A stretch of DNA of 64,000 nucleotides from Lama guanicoe (lineage: Eukaryota): NCBI GenBank assembly GCA_013239625.1, contig MU053758.1, positions 62,001 to 126,000 on the forward strand. Reading direction: 5' to 3'. The notes below the pieces were generated by a model. It made no database searches and was not told where the DNA came from. It saw only the letters and a program-made list of their open reading frames with translations. Both the position numbers and the translations under genes were made by a program. Below are positions 39,771 to 52,283 of this stretch, one piece after another (positions within the stretch are counted from its first letter, which is position 1; the number at the start of each line of letters is the position of its first letter).

Positions 39771-40635
39771 TTGTCTCCAGTCCGTGTAGTAGGCTGCCCA
39801 GCCCACAAACCCTGCTGACCTCTTTATGAAGGACAACGCATTTTCGAGGCTGCTGGCCACAGTTAGAGTGATCGGTTCTCTTTTTTCAGCGCTCCCTGGC
39901 TCCGTGCTGATTGATTTCAGGACCACTACTCTATATAGCTGAGCAATAATCTGAACATATCCTAGAAAATAGTATTTGAAAAAAGATCATGACTGGGTTC
40001 TGAATCAGTCTGAAGAAGAATCAGCCTGATGGAAACTGCTTACAAAGTACATTCAGTGAAAAGCAGTGATAATGAAATATGGCACTTGGATGAGGCTCCT
40101 TTTCTTACCCCTGTTCCCACTCATTAATTCACTCATGTGCTTACTCCACAAATGTTCATTGAGTGTGTAAGATGTGTTGGGCACTGAGCTAGCCACTGAG
40201 GATTCAGCAGAGGACAAGATAGAGTCCCTGCTGTCACGGAGCCTGCGTTCCACTGGAGGAAACCCAACAACAAACGAGTAAATAACTCTCTAATATAATG
40301 TCAGGCGGTGCGATCCCGTGTGAGGTTTGCCCTCAGAGCTGTCACTGCAGCCAACGGGAAGATCAACTACTCTCTGGTACAACAAGCCTTTCCAGCTCAG
40401 GATCCACCCTGTTTTGTTCCATCTAAGGATTCCAGTGAGGGAGTTAAGAGGGAAAGGAAATCTTGTTCAAGGTTCCCTTTGTTTAAAACCTCTTAGAATG
40501 GAACAGAACTGCCCAAATCATAGAATTACCATTCTTATTCTTTATCATCTTGTAACTCAGACTAGATGCTAACGTTAACACACTTTTTTCATGGTTATAA
40601 AGTAGATACTTCCCCCATCCCAGTATATACTAAAT

Positions 40636-40865
40636 CAGTGGCTTTCAGAGTTTGGCCGTGACCCATAGTAAGAAATGTATTTTCCCATTACTTGGCTACT
40701 CAATATACATATCTATGAGCTTCTTTCTGTAAGTGAATTAAAAATCCAAGAAAAATACCTTTGTGCTGCACTTTGATACTTTCTGTGTTATTTTTTAAAT
40801 GCTGATCATGAACTACTAAATTAATTTTAAGACCCAATGAGTCCTACCTGCAGTTTGAAGAATCC
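40636..40865. mobile_element. hAT-family MITE (MER119-like)
   Basis: Ends cagtggctttcaga...gtgacccatagt and gacccaatgagtcctacctgcagtttgaagaa resemble hAT terminal regions. Confidence 0.45.
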
Positions 40866-41299
40866 TCTTCTAAAGCAGTGTATATGTATATTATTTTATT
40901 CCAACAACAGCCTGAATTCATAATTTAATATAGAATCAGATTGTTTTAACCGAATCTTCCAACATCTGTAAGTCTAGTTTCTGTTTCTGCCTGGGTACAA
41001 ACTCTGAAGCTTCCTGCACAGATAAGCCATTGCTCACTCCAGTGCCCAGCAATGGAGACAGGTCAAATCTCAGGCGCACTGCAGTCCTGTCTCATGGGGA
41101 TATCTCTTGGGGACTAAACCACTGTCAGTACCAGCGTAACTAGAACTGCTTTATTGCAATTTCAAGGACACCATGGTAAGTGGTAATAATAATGATCCTC
41201 GGTGAGTCATACCTCCGTGTGTCCACGCCCGTTTGTAAAGTATCCTTGCCCCTCCTTCCAATAATCTCCCCGTAAGAGGTGTGGCCATTCTCAACTCCC

Positions 41300-41680
41300 T
41301 TGAATCTGGGGGCTGGTCTTATGAAGGTAGGGAAATGATGTTGCAAGTTCTGGAGATTCTGCCTCAAGATGTCCTGCGTCTTCGGCCTTTATTTTCTTGG
41401 AACATGACTGCCAAGTGAGGAAGCTCAGGCTGGACCACTGAGTGGTGGTGAGAGGGTACGCGGAGAGAGAGGTCCCAGCTGTCCCTGTCAAGGTTGCAGA
41501 CACATGGGTGAGACCCTTCAGCTCAGCTGAAACTCCCGGGAACTAAATGCGTGCTTAAGAACCCAGGTAAATCCAGCTGAATAACTGCCCAGCAGCCCAA
41601 AGAATCACTAGAAGTAAGTTATTATTGTTATAAACTACTAAGATATGGGCTGGTTTGTTACATAGCAATAAGATAACTTG
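41300..41680 (+). mobile_element. MaLR LTR (MLT1G/H-like)
   Basis: tgccaagtgaggaagctcaggct, aactgcccagc, 3' end gctggtttgttacatagcaataagataact. Confidence 0.6.
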
Positions 41681-42074
41681 GAAAAGCCCTCAGATTTAGG
41701 TCTAACAGTTACTAAGAGCTTACAAACTTTGCACGGTTCCTTATGCAAGAAGCTTAACTTTTTTGGCCATAACTGAGTAACAATTTTAGCTCATTTCTAG
41801 GTCCCTGCTACCTCTTATTTCCACTCCATACTCAGCAACTATGAACTTGGAAAGGAAGGAGGGTTTTCTCACGTCCACTGCCAATTTCATCAACAACACA
41901 ACCATTTCAGAATGTGTGCCCAGCCTTGTTCCTGAACTTCCTGAGTTAGGAAGTGCCTGGGTTTAGCGCCCCGAGACTGGTACGTCTCACCCCCAATCCC
42001 TGCACCTAAAGCATTAGTAGCCCCTATTCAGCTTCAGTCTTTGCAACAACTTTGACCTTCCCAAGATGTTGCTG

Positions 42075-42305
42075 AGGGAGACAGTACAGTGAAAGAGTTA
42101 GAGACATACAGGCTTGTTCACAGATAAACCTGGGCTCAGTCCTGTCCCCACAGTCATTTGTGTGGCTGTGAGCAAGTTATCTAACCACTCTCTGCCTGTT
42201 TCCACATCTGCAAAAGAGGATATTAATAGCAACTCCCTTAAGGTCACTGTGAGGATTAAATAAAGCAATGCAGGTAAAATGCACAGTTCAGTGTTCGCCA
42301 GGTAG
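42075..42305 (+). mobile_element. MIR SINE
   Basis: gcaagttatctaaccactctctgcctgtttccacatctgcaaaa...ctgtgaggattaaataaag. Confidence 0.7.
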
Positions 42306-42309
42306 CGTT

Positions 42310-42930
42310 TGTGACAGGCAGCTCTAAGGTAGCCTCAGTGACCCCCCCACTCCTGGTATTCACACCCTGTACAGTCCTCTCCCCTTTAGTTGGGCTGGAT
42401 TCAGCGACTTGTTTCTAAGGAATAGAATATGACAGAAGTGATGCAGTGTCACTTCCAAGATTAGTTACAAAAAGGACTGTTGGGCATGGTCTCTCCCTCT
42501 CCAATCACCAGCTGCCATGTCCTGCAGACACTGAAGGCAGCCTGTGGAGGAACTGGACCGGGAACAGAAGCCTGCCAGCAACCACATGAGTGACCTTGGA
42601 AGTGGATCATCTGAGACTTGTCAACAGTCACATGAGTGAGCCTGGAACTGGGCTCTCCAGCTTTTTTAAAAATTGAAGTACAGTTGATTTACGATGTTGT
42701 GTTAGTTTCAGTTGTACAGCGAAGTGATCCAGCCATATATATATGTAATCACAGTAGAGTCTTGAGGTGACTGTAGCCCAAGTCAGTAGCTTGGTGACAA
42801 TCTCATGAGAGACTAAACCAGAGACCTTTGTCTAAGTGAACCCAGATTCATGACCAACAAACTATGGAATAATAAATGTTTTAAGTTACTAGGTTTGGAG
42901 GTAATTTATGCAGCAATAGGCAATTAATTC
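42310..42930 (+). mobile_element. MLT1F-like LTR with short L1 insertion (about 42660-42750)
   Basis: Start tgtgacaggcagctctaaggtagcctcagtgacc...ctcctggtattcacaccct; end aataaatgttttaagttactaggtttggaggtaatttatgcagcaatagg. Confidence 0.7.
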
Positions 42931-42963
42931 CAAGTATTAAAATTGTACACAGAAAACAATGAT

Positions 42964-43368
42964 TGCAGTGGATGCTGTGGTGTGCTTCCCAGAATCTCCC
43001 CCTTCAGGGTCAAGGCCCTCATTTCCCCAGCTGCTCCAGAGTGTTTGTGCCAACAGCTCTCAGCTGAGTCCCTCTCCAGGAATGGCTCTCAGCTTAAGAC
43101 AGCCACCTCTCGCAAAGTCACACGTCCTTCCTGCACCAGAGGCAGCCCGCATCCAATGACTGCTTGGGGCAGCAGTATAATGACCTGGAGCTGTTACCTC
43201 ATGGTGGGACGGTTTTGAAGAGCTGCCCTCTTCTGAGCTTCCTTGAGACCAGCCAAGGCCCTTGTTGTGAATACATCACAGTTCAACTCTGCTCAGCTTG
43301 ATCTCTGTCCAGTCCTACTTCCTTGAAAACTTTCCAAGGTTTGATTTTAGGAAACCTGACCTAACACA
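42964..43368 (+). mobile_element. ERVL 5' LTR (LTR16-like)
   Basis: tgcagtggatgctgtggtgtgcttcccaga...cccttcaggg start; ends cctgacctaacaca followed by primer-binding-site-like gttggtgccagga. Confidence 0.7.
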
Positions 43369-43719
43369 GTTGGTGCCAGGATTGGCTCGGGGAAGCGGAC
43401 CCTCAAACGGGAGTTTTGGACCTTTGTTGGGCAGCTAGTGATGAAGACCCATCACTAGTGATAGGTGGGACAATTGTTCAAACTGTCACTAGTGGTGAAC
43501 CCACAGAAGGGAATGCACTTGAGGGGTGGGGCAGGGTACAATATCACAGGCTTTTGAGAGGTGGGAGAAGTACTAATTCTAAAGGCTCTGAAGGCTATCA
43601 GTGAGCGCCACTGATGCATTAGGGAAAGATAATGAATGGCTGAGGGTGTTTAATTACCAGTTGAAGGCAAATGTGAAAGCCAGAGGGTCTTATGTTCTTT
43701 AAAGTCCCCCTTCATTTGT

Positions 43720-45550
43720 GATATTAGTTATGCAGCAATAGAAAACTAAAACACATGTGGTAGCTGGAAGCCGGATGCCCGAACAAGCACCTAAAAATAT
43801 GGGAATGGCTTTGGAACTGGGCAGTGGGGAGAGGCCGGAAGAATTTTGAGGAGCATGATAGAAAAAGCCTAGATTGCCTTGAATCAACTTGTACTAGAAA
43901 TATGTACATTAGAGATGCTGCAGGTAGAAGACTGAGGAGATTTTAGAGGTCCTAAACTGCCTTAGAGAAAGCCTCAGTCTCCACGAACAGACCACTAACA
44001 GGTACATTAATGTGCAGACACTGGCGGTAAGGGCTCAGAAGGAAGTGAGGAACATGCTGTAGGAAGCGGAAAGATCCAAAAGCCAGCCACAAAAGATGGG
44101 AGCTGTACTAGTTTGCTAGGGCTGCTGCAGTGAAGTGCCATGAACTTGGTGGCTCGAACAACAAAATGCATTGTCTCACTGTTCCTGAGGCTACAAAACC
44201 AAGATCAAGATATCAGCAGGGTTGGTTCCTTCTGAAGACTGACCATGTCTCTCTCCTAGCTTCCGGGGGATTGCTGGCATCTCTGGCATCCCTTGGCTTG
44301 GAGAAGCATCACCCCCATCTCTGCCTCCATCTTCTCATGGTGTTCTCTGTGTGTGTGTGTGTGTGTGTGCACGTGTGTTTCCCCTTTTTATAAGGACACC
44401 AGTCACATTGGATTAAGGGTCCACTATATTCCAGGTTGACCTCATCTTAACTAATTATTTCTTCAACAACCCTATTTCCAAAAAGGATCACATTCTGATG
44501 TGCTGGGTGTTAGGGTTTCAATGTGTGAATCTGGGGAGGACACAGGTCAATCTACATCAAGGGTATTTTTCATAGAGCTCAGTCAAACCAGGAGTCCCAT
44601 AGGAAGCTTAGGGGTTATTGCCCCTTAACCTTCTCAGTAGAAGCCAAATAGAGACAAGCAATTATCTCATAAAGATGTGTGGGAGAGACTTTTGTCTAAT
44701 GGGGTGAATCCCTGTGCAACTCATGCAAAGCCCACAAGGTTCCTGAGAAGTTTTCACCCACAGGAAAAGAAAGAGACAGATTAGAAAATGAAAGAAGGCT
44801 TTTGGGTCCCCCAAACTTCACTGGTAGGAAGTAGGCTGATAAAACTTCTCAGCTGTAAACATATGCAAGTCTTTCATGAAGAACAAAGAGGGCCAGAGAA
44901 CAGAGTCAAGAGCCATGAAGGCTTATTCCCAGGACTTGCTTAACTAGATTTCAAAACTGCTTTGGACTGATGACATTTCCCACTTTTTGAACCAGAATAT
45001 ACTGTTGTCCTAAGCCTGCCCCATCATTGTATTCTGGGAGAATATTGGGGGCATATAACTTATGTCTTTAGTTTCACAGGTCAATAGTGGAGAGGAACTG
45101 TGCCCAGGAGCTGTACTTAATGGGTTAAACTTCGGTTATTCATCTGCCCTTGTTTTAGATGATGAAACTGGACTTTTGAGCTGATGATACTTAGATGAAA
45201 TTTTGGATTTTGAATTGAGGCTATAATAGGATGAGACCCTTGGGAAACTTGGAAGGGGACAAATGTATTTTGCATTTAGGAAAGATATGAATTTTGGGGG
45301 GCAGAGGGTAGACTGCATAAGGCAGAATTCTAAAAGTGGCCCCCCGAAGATTCTATGTCCTGATCCCTGAAACATGTTAACACAATGAGATTCTACTCCC
45401 GTGATTATGTTCTATGGCACAATTGACCTGATGCTCTGACCAGAGCCCAGTCCAGCCTGCCCAGATGCCTAACCTACAGAATTACATAATAAATGGATGT
45501 TGTTCTAAGCAGTGGTTTGTGGTAATTTGTTATGCAGCAATTGAAAATGA
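43720..45550 (+). mobile_element. MaLR (MLT1-type) LTR end, internal sequence and 3' LTR inserted in the ERVL
   Basis: gcagcaatagaaaactaa then cctaaaaatatgggaatggctttggaactgggcagtgg; second LTR ends tggtaatttgttatgcagcaattgaaaatgaa. Confidence 0.65.
44105..44540 (-). mobile_element. MLT1B/C-like solo LTR nested in the MaLR internal region
   Basis: tgtactagtttgctagggctgc...ataaggacaccagtcacattggattaaggg...gacctcatcttaactaatta. Confidence 0.75.
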
Positions 45551-46004
45551 ACTGCCTTGGCAGCATTTAAGGAGAAACTCTCATCTCCTGCAGCCAGAAA
45601 GCAGAAAAACTGGGGCTCAGGCCCAGGACTTAAAGATAAGGGTAGCAGCTCCAGATAAAGTTGATTCTCATTCACTGCAAGTCTATGAAGTCTATGATGA
45701 CAAGTTCAGGGGCCTGGTTGGGAAGGAATGGGACCCTGAGATTTGTAATGAGGACATCTGGGTCCAAGGAGTCCCAGGTCTCCCTGAACCCTCTGCTACT
45801 GCAGAAGTGGTTCACTCCTCCCTGTAAGAGACTGCTGTCCCACTCTTGCTTAATGAGGAAGCAGAGACCTTTGCCTTGCAATAATGCACGCCTCTCTGGG
45901 TCTACCCCATCTCTTCTCCTGGTCACCAGACCAATAACCAGGGTCAAATCACAACATAACATAGCCGGGGAATGCAGGCCTTGCCAAAGGAAGAAAAGGA
46001 CTGT

Positions 46005-46735
46005 GCCAGTTGTTAATTTTTGCCTCTTAGCTCCAAATATACCCTTCATTGCCTGCTCTGTAAGAATGGATCTGAGCCCTTTTAATATCTCTCCTTGGCC
46101 CATTGGCACAATGCTAAGCTTTGTCACAAGAGGGCCTTGGAGAAACTGCAGGAGAAAGAGGTTTTTTCCTTCCTAGTTCTAGTGTGTCCTTCTCAGCAGG
46201 CTCCTGCAGCTTCTCCAGGTCCTGGCTTCTGCAGCATGGGCAACTTCCCCACTGACCAGTTCTGGTGACTGACAGTCAGTAGCACCCGGGGACCAGGAGC
46301 CTTTCCCAGCATTCCCCTTGGTCAGTTTCTGAGTGGACTGCCTCCAATGACACACCTTCTGCATGGCTTCCCAAGAATCCTGGAGGGCAGATTTTGGTAA
46401 GTTTTGCTGGGCAAATTTCCAGCAAGTCCCACCTGCTCCACACCACAGTGACATTTCTGCCATCCTGTGAGTCATGACTGTGTCCTCTCAACCAGATCTG
46501 GATCTCAGCCCTGGGTGGCCTCTTCCTTGGGTGCTTTGTCTCAGTGTATTGGGGGTAGCGGCTCTTTCTTATATCCTGCTACTCCTGTACTCTTTTGAGT
46601 TCTCTTTGTTTTTTATTAGCCAATCTTTTATTACTCCAATTCCCTATGATACTCCATTATTCTACATATTGAATTTTTCCCATGCAAATTATGATCTGGT
46701 CTCTGTCTCCTGACTGGACTCTGACTGATTCAAAC
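46005..46735 (+). mobile_element. Additional LTR-like insertion within the ERVL
   Basis: Starts tgtgccagttgttaatttttgcctc, ends tctgtctcctgactggactctgactgattca; ERVL-like sequence resumes after it; family uncertain. Confidence 0.45.
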
Positions 46736-46984
46736 TCATATGCTGAAGTTACAGGACCTTGCCAGTGTGTACTGACAGAAGCCAGGACAGTATTATGGGA
46801 CTAGATCAAGGGGTACAGGGTAGTGTCAGGTTGCATAGGTGACAGTTGATTGATATAAGAGCATTCTGATAATGGACCCTAGCAAAGATCCCAGGAGATG
46901 GTGCAAATAGGCTGCTAGGATAGCCATTAGAAGTTGGGAGAAAAAAATGGCCTACACTAAGAGAACTAGAAAAGCTAAGTTTGC

Positions 46985-47114
46985 AGGGGGAGGATATGGC
47001 TCAAGCGGCAGAGCACATGCTTAGCATGCGCAAGGTGTTGGGTTCAACCCCCTGTACCTCCTCAATAAACAAGCAAACCTAATTACACCCTCCCCCCAAA
47101 AAAAAGGAAAGGAA
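46985..47114 (+). mobile_element. Vic-1-like SINE
   Basis: ggggaggatatggctcaagcggcagagcacatgcttagcatgc...gggttcaacc; TSD agaaaagctaa(g/a)tttgc at 46968-46984 and 47115-47131. Confidence 0.85.
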
Positions 47115-49644
47115 AGAAAAGCTAAATTTGCTATGGAAGACAATTAAAAGCCTAGAGAAGAGGGCATGCTAGAGTGAATATACTATGAAGAGCTTGAAAG
47201 TTGAACAACTAACTATATTCTACAGGAGGGCCTGAAAAACACCCCTTTTATCAATGAGATTAGAAATCTCTGCTGAGAGGGACACCATCATCACTGAGAA
47301 GCTCCATGTCCTCTGTGGACCAAAGCTGATGTTACAGAACTAGCAATGGGGATGAGAGCATCCTTACAGAATGGAGGCAGATGGTAGCACTTACACATCA
47401 GAAGCAAGGTGGTTTCAATTATAATGAGTGGCCATGTCAGGTTTTGGTGGGGCAGGGTAGCTGACCTGCAGAGGGCTACAGAGGTGATTAATAGAACATG
47501 ACAGGAGTGGTAGCCTCCATTGTATTGTCACTAACTTCACCAGTCTGGTCTTAGCAAAACACAGACAGGGCCTAGGGGATTGAGATGGACCAATGCAAAC
47601 TCAACAAATGGTAGCACCACTGAAATGGCCAGATGTGGTCCCTTTGCTAAAGCTAATTAACGTGGCTTCAAGTACATGGTTCTTGGCCATTGACCTAGTG
47701 AATATTTTCTTTTCCATCCCTGTCAAGGAGAATCAGAAAAAGTTTACATTCACTTTAGATGGATAAAAGTGTACATTATTGTCTTCTTCCCCCTGCCCTC
47801 CACCTGTGTTCTCTCGCCTGTCCTCTCATACAATATAGTCCAGAGGGACCTGCCTCTCTGGACATTCTGAAGAGCATCACATTGATCCACTACATTGATG
47901 ACATTATGTTAATCAGACTGGATGGGTAAGAAGTGGTGAATACTTTGGAGGCTTTGCTAAGACACGTGTACCCTAGAGAGCGGAAAATAAGCCTGAAGAA
48001 GATTGGAGGACTGGCCACATCAGTGAAATGTTTAGAGGTCTAGTGATCTAGTGAATCCATAATAAAGGACAAACTATTTCACCCTGCACCTCCCAACCTG
48101 AAGAAAGGCGTACAATGCCCTGTGGGCCTCTGTGGGTTCTGGAGACATCTTTCCATACTTGGTAAGGCTGCTTCAGCTCCTGTAAATGATGGCACAAAGG
48201 GATGCCAGCTTTGAGTGGGCTCCAGAGTTGAAAGGGGTTCTTCAGCAGGTCCAAGTTATGGTGTATGCAGGCCTGCCACATGGCAGATAAGGGCCATACC
48301 ACTGTGGCCTTAGAGGCATCTGTGAAGGAATGATGTGTAGTTTATGGCAAGTCCCAACAGGAGAATTATGTAGACACATGGGATCTGGGGCAGGTCTACA
48401 CATTTGCATAAGATCATCATAAACTTTGTGCAAAACAGCTTCTGGATGCCTCTGAACCCTGGTATAAACAGAGCACCTGACCACGGCCACCAATTTTCAT
48501 GCAGCCAGAACTTCCCATCAGGAGCTCCATTCTGTCAGACTAACCAACTTGTAAGGTCAGAGGGACCTAGCAGTGCTCTAAGATGTAAGGAATATACCCA
48601 GGATTGAACTTGAGCAAAGATAGAGGACGTAAGTGAGACGTACAGGTGAGCTACACAAGCACGTGTCCCAGACCCCATATCTTCCACCACCATGACACTG
48701 GTACTCCTCCTTTAGTTATCCACGTATGATGGATACATGGGAGTGGGTTTGGGGGGGTTCCTTTATGATCATGTGAAGGAAGAGGGAAAGAAAGGAGAGC
48801 TTGGTTCACAGATGGGCTGGCTTGCTGGACGCAAGCTGGGAATAGACTAGCACAGCACTACACTCTCTGGGCAGTCCTGACAAACAGCAGCGAAGGAAAA
48901 TCCTCCCATGGGCAGAACTTTGGAAGTGCACCCAGACATCCACTACACGTGGAAAGAGAAATAATCTGGGGTAAGAACATACCAGAGACAATCACAGTGG
49001 CAAATGGTTTGACTAGTTGTCCAGGGGCTTAAGAAATAAAGTTTGGAAGATCAGGAGCAAGGAGACCTGGTAAAGAAACATGTGGGTGGACTTATGGGAA
49101 GCATAAAGATCTTGGCATTACACGTTAAGGCCCATCTGAGACATCCACCATGGAAGATGCATACAACCAAGTAGATCGAGTAACTGAGCTGGTTGATGTT
49201 AGCCAGTCTGTCATTGGTTAACCCAGTGCTCACTCAGTGGGTGCGTGATGGAGATCCATGGGCATAGGGAATGAAAGTTATTGCTGGTTCATATAGCATG
49301 GACTCCCACTCACCAAGATTCATCTAGCCACTGCCAATCAACCTGCCACTTAGAGACCAATGCCATGGCCCTGATATGGCACCACCATTCCTCAAAGAAA
49401 TCAGCCAGCCACTTGATGACTAGTTGATCACATTGGATCCCTTCCACTCTGGATAAAGCAACAATTATTCTTGAATGGAATCAACACATATGCTGGGTTG
49501 GAGTTTGCCTTTCCTGCCATAAGGACTGGGATGGTTAGTTCTCTGTGTCAACCTGGCTAGGTTACAGCACCCTTATTCAATCAAACACCAATTCAACCTA
49601 GGTTTTGCTGTGATGATATTTAACATCTATAGTCAGATGACTTT

Positions 49645-49729
49645 TTTTTTTTAATGGAGGTACTGGGAATTGAACACAGGACCTCATGCATGCTAAACAC
49701 TAACTCTGCCACTGAGCTATACCCTCTCC
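49645..49729 (-). mobile_element. Vic-1-like SINE inside the MLT2 LTR
   Basis: Reverse head ggagagggtatagctcagtggcagag; TSD ctatagtcag(a/t)tgacttt at 49627-49644 and 49730-49747. Confidence 0.85.
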
Positions 49730-49951
49730 CTATAGTCAGTTGACTTTAAGCAAAGAAGGTCAGCCTCAGTAATTAAGGTGGGCCTTATCTAATCAGTTGA
49801 AAGGCCTTAAGATCAATCCTGAGATTTCCCCGAGGAAGAGTTTCTACTGTAGACTGCAGCATCAGCTCCTGGCAGAGAGGTCCAGCCTGCTGGCCTGCCT
49901 GATGAACTTTGGGCATTTCTAGCTAGTCCCCACAATTGTATAAGCCAGTTC

Positions 49952-50157
49952 TTTTTTTTTTTTTTTAGTTAATCTTTTTTGTCTTTTAAATTTTTTATTG
50001 AAGTGTACTTGATTTACAATGTTAGTTTCAGGTGTACAGCAAAGTAATTCAGTTAGACATATACCTACTTACATATGTATTTTTTCTTTTCAGATGCTTT
50101 CCCATTATATGTTATTGCAAGAAATTGAATATAGCTCCCTTTGCTGTACAGTAGGTC
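49952..50157 (-). mobile_element. 5'-truncated L1 3' end inside the MLT2 LTR
   Basis: Poly-T then attgaagtgtacttgatttacaatgttagtttcaggtgtacagcaaag; TSD ataagccagttc at 49940-49951 and 50158-50169. Confidence 0.8.
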
Positions 50158-52125
50158 ATAAGCCAGTTCCTTTTAATAAGTCTTTATAGATGTAGATACA
50201 GATAAATACAGATATATCTTGTACTGGTTCAGTGTCTCTGGTAGAGCCTGACTGATACAAGGCCTGTGCCAGCATCACTATCTGAGGGCTTATTGAAAAA
50301 CAAAACCCAAAAACCAGAGGCATGGGAGTGGGCAGTAAGCCTTCTGCTCCCAGATCACCAGTTTCCAGGGAACCCAATTTATGGTCACAGCCAACCTGTC
50401 CCAAGCACCTGTTGTGTGGTTCCACCCTTATCGACTTAATGTTAAAGGCAAGACCAGGGAAGAAGAAAACTATTTGGGACACAACTCTCCGGGCTAATAA
50501 CCACAGGTGGAGGCCAGTCGCACTTTGTAATGCTGTCAGTGGATGATAGGAATGGTCACCGCAGGGTGTGGCCCACCCACGTGAGTGGGTACAGATTAAT
50601 CCAAAGGAGACTTTTGCTGGAAAGTCTCCTTCTTGAGTCAATGGGCAGGTGCTGATGTTGGGGTGGGGTCAGGGGTCCCTGCAGGATGAAGGCAGCCCAG
50701 CCCCCTGCAGTCCCTCATGTGTGAAGTGACAGGTCAGGCTCTGAAAGGGATCAGCAGCAGAGGAATGAGAGGCTGACCAGTCAGAGTACTGCGGGACACT
50801 CCCCTGGAGTCAGGAACATTGAACTCAGAAATGGGGACAGTTGGCATTCAGCATGTGAGATTTACTTTTCTTGCTTCCTGGTCGTGACTTTGTGAAAATC
50901 AGTTTAGGAAGCTGCTGAACGCCCTTGACTCATGCACGGATTTCACAGCTGGGTTTGTCTTCATCTCATGCTGGGCCCAGGAGAGAAGATACTCATTACT
51001 GTAGGCCAGCCCAGAGGTGGATTAAAATCAGGGAACTCACTGGGGAAATGCCAGCCCAATGCAGGCCTGGAGCCGCAGAACTTTTAAAGAACAGGAATGT
51101 AGGCAGGACGGACGAGGTAATGCTGGTGGCTTGGGTTAGCAAATAATATCCCAGACGATCTTCGACCACAAAACAGTGCTCACCCTGGAAAGCTACAAAA
51201 TTAGAACTTCAAACATTAGCTAGTTACCAAGTTAGACTTTTATTTACCTTCCTCGCCTTCAGGGAGCCACATCTTTCTGCCCAGCTCTGTCCCATGTCGG
51301 CTCCACGAGGAGAATGAATAGGATTGTGTCTTTGGGGATGCTGTGACATGTTTGGGCTGGGTCGATTAAGACCCACAGCTGCTGTCTTCAGTGAAAGGAC
51401 AGGGCCCTTTGCAAAGGATTTGGTTTTTTCCATCTCTTTGTGGTCCAAGTTACCAGACCCCGTGAAAGGGTCAAGGAAAGAGCTGGGGACTTTGGCTCAG
51501 CAGACCTCCACGATCTGAAACCTCCACCATACATGGGGACCCCCTCTAGTGAATCCCCAGAGCTGCTCTATCAGTTGAATCACAGGTTGTGGGAATGACA
51601 GGAGAGCAGGCTCCATCACGGTCAAGGCCGTCTGACCAGCAACTGGCAGAACTGTCTACAGGCCCTGTGCCCCCTCTACCTTCCTCCAGACCAGCCCTCT
51701 CACCGCCATGTGGCCCCTCTGTCTGTCCCTGAGCTCCCCCTCCACGTGCTCACACAGGCCTGGACGCTGGGTGCAGGCTCTCCTCCTCCATCCCAGCTGT
51801 CACATTCTAGACGGATGTGCAAGACCAGGAGACACTGTGATGGGGGATAGTCAGGCAGGTGAGCTTCAGGTTCGAGAGTCCGAGATCTCTAGGTCTAAAC
51901 TCCATGTTCCACAGTCCTTGGAGTCTCCGCCCTCATTTTACAGGGGAGGAAACTGACTTCTGGAGAGAAGAGACCATACAAGGCCACACTGCAAGCTCAT
52001 GGCCAAGCTGATGCTACATCCCTTAGGAATTCAGTCCCAGGACCTCCCTGCAGCACTCCTTTCTCATCCTTCCGCTTACACATTGGTATTTCTTTTCTTT
52101 CAATCTTTCAAAATAATATAGAAAT

Positions 52126-52283
52126 TCTCCTTAGGGCAATGTTTGGGGACGTTAGAGCTCAGTGGTAGAGCGCATACTCAGCATGCACACCGTCATGGGT
52201 TCGATTCCCTGTACCCCCATTAAATAAATAAATAGACAAACAAACCTAATTACCTCCTCCCCCCTAAAAATACAAAAACAAAA
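52126..52283 (+). mobile_element. Vic-1-like SINE with 19 extra 5' nucleotides
   Basis: Head from 52145 (agctcagtggtagagcgcatactcagcatgc...gggttcgattccc); TSD tcaaaataatatagaaat at 52108-52125 and 52284-52301. Confidence 0.85.

Larger units (their letters stand above)
49527..50259 (+). mobile_element. MLT2-like solo LTR inserted in the ERVL integrase region
   Basis: tgggatggttagttctctgtgtcaacctggctagg ... tctctggtagagcctgactgataca; 5-bp TSD aggac/aggcc. Confidence 0.8.
43369..50300 (+). mobile_element. Decayed ERVL internal region (gag/pol remnants) interrupted by several insertions
   Basis: RT remnant PDVVPLLKLINVASSTWFLAIDLVNIFFSIPVKENQKKFTFTLDG (47629-47763), LIHYIDDIMLI (YIDD at 47891-47902), RNase H AWFTDG (48799-48816), integrase LVDHIGSLP and GINTYAGLEFAFPA (about 49410-49518). 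Confidence 0.85.

Noticed and set aside
45465..49233. ORFs in the ERVL region as a domesticated retroviral gene
   Set aside because: Pol motifs are scattered among stops, frameshifts and nested insertions; no intact frame.
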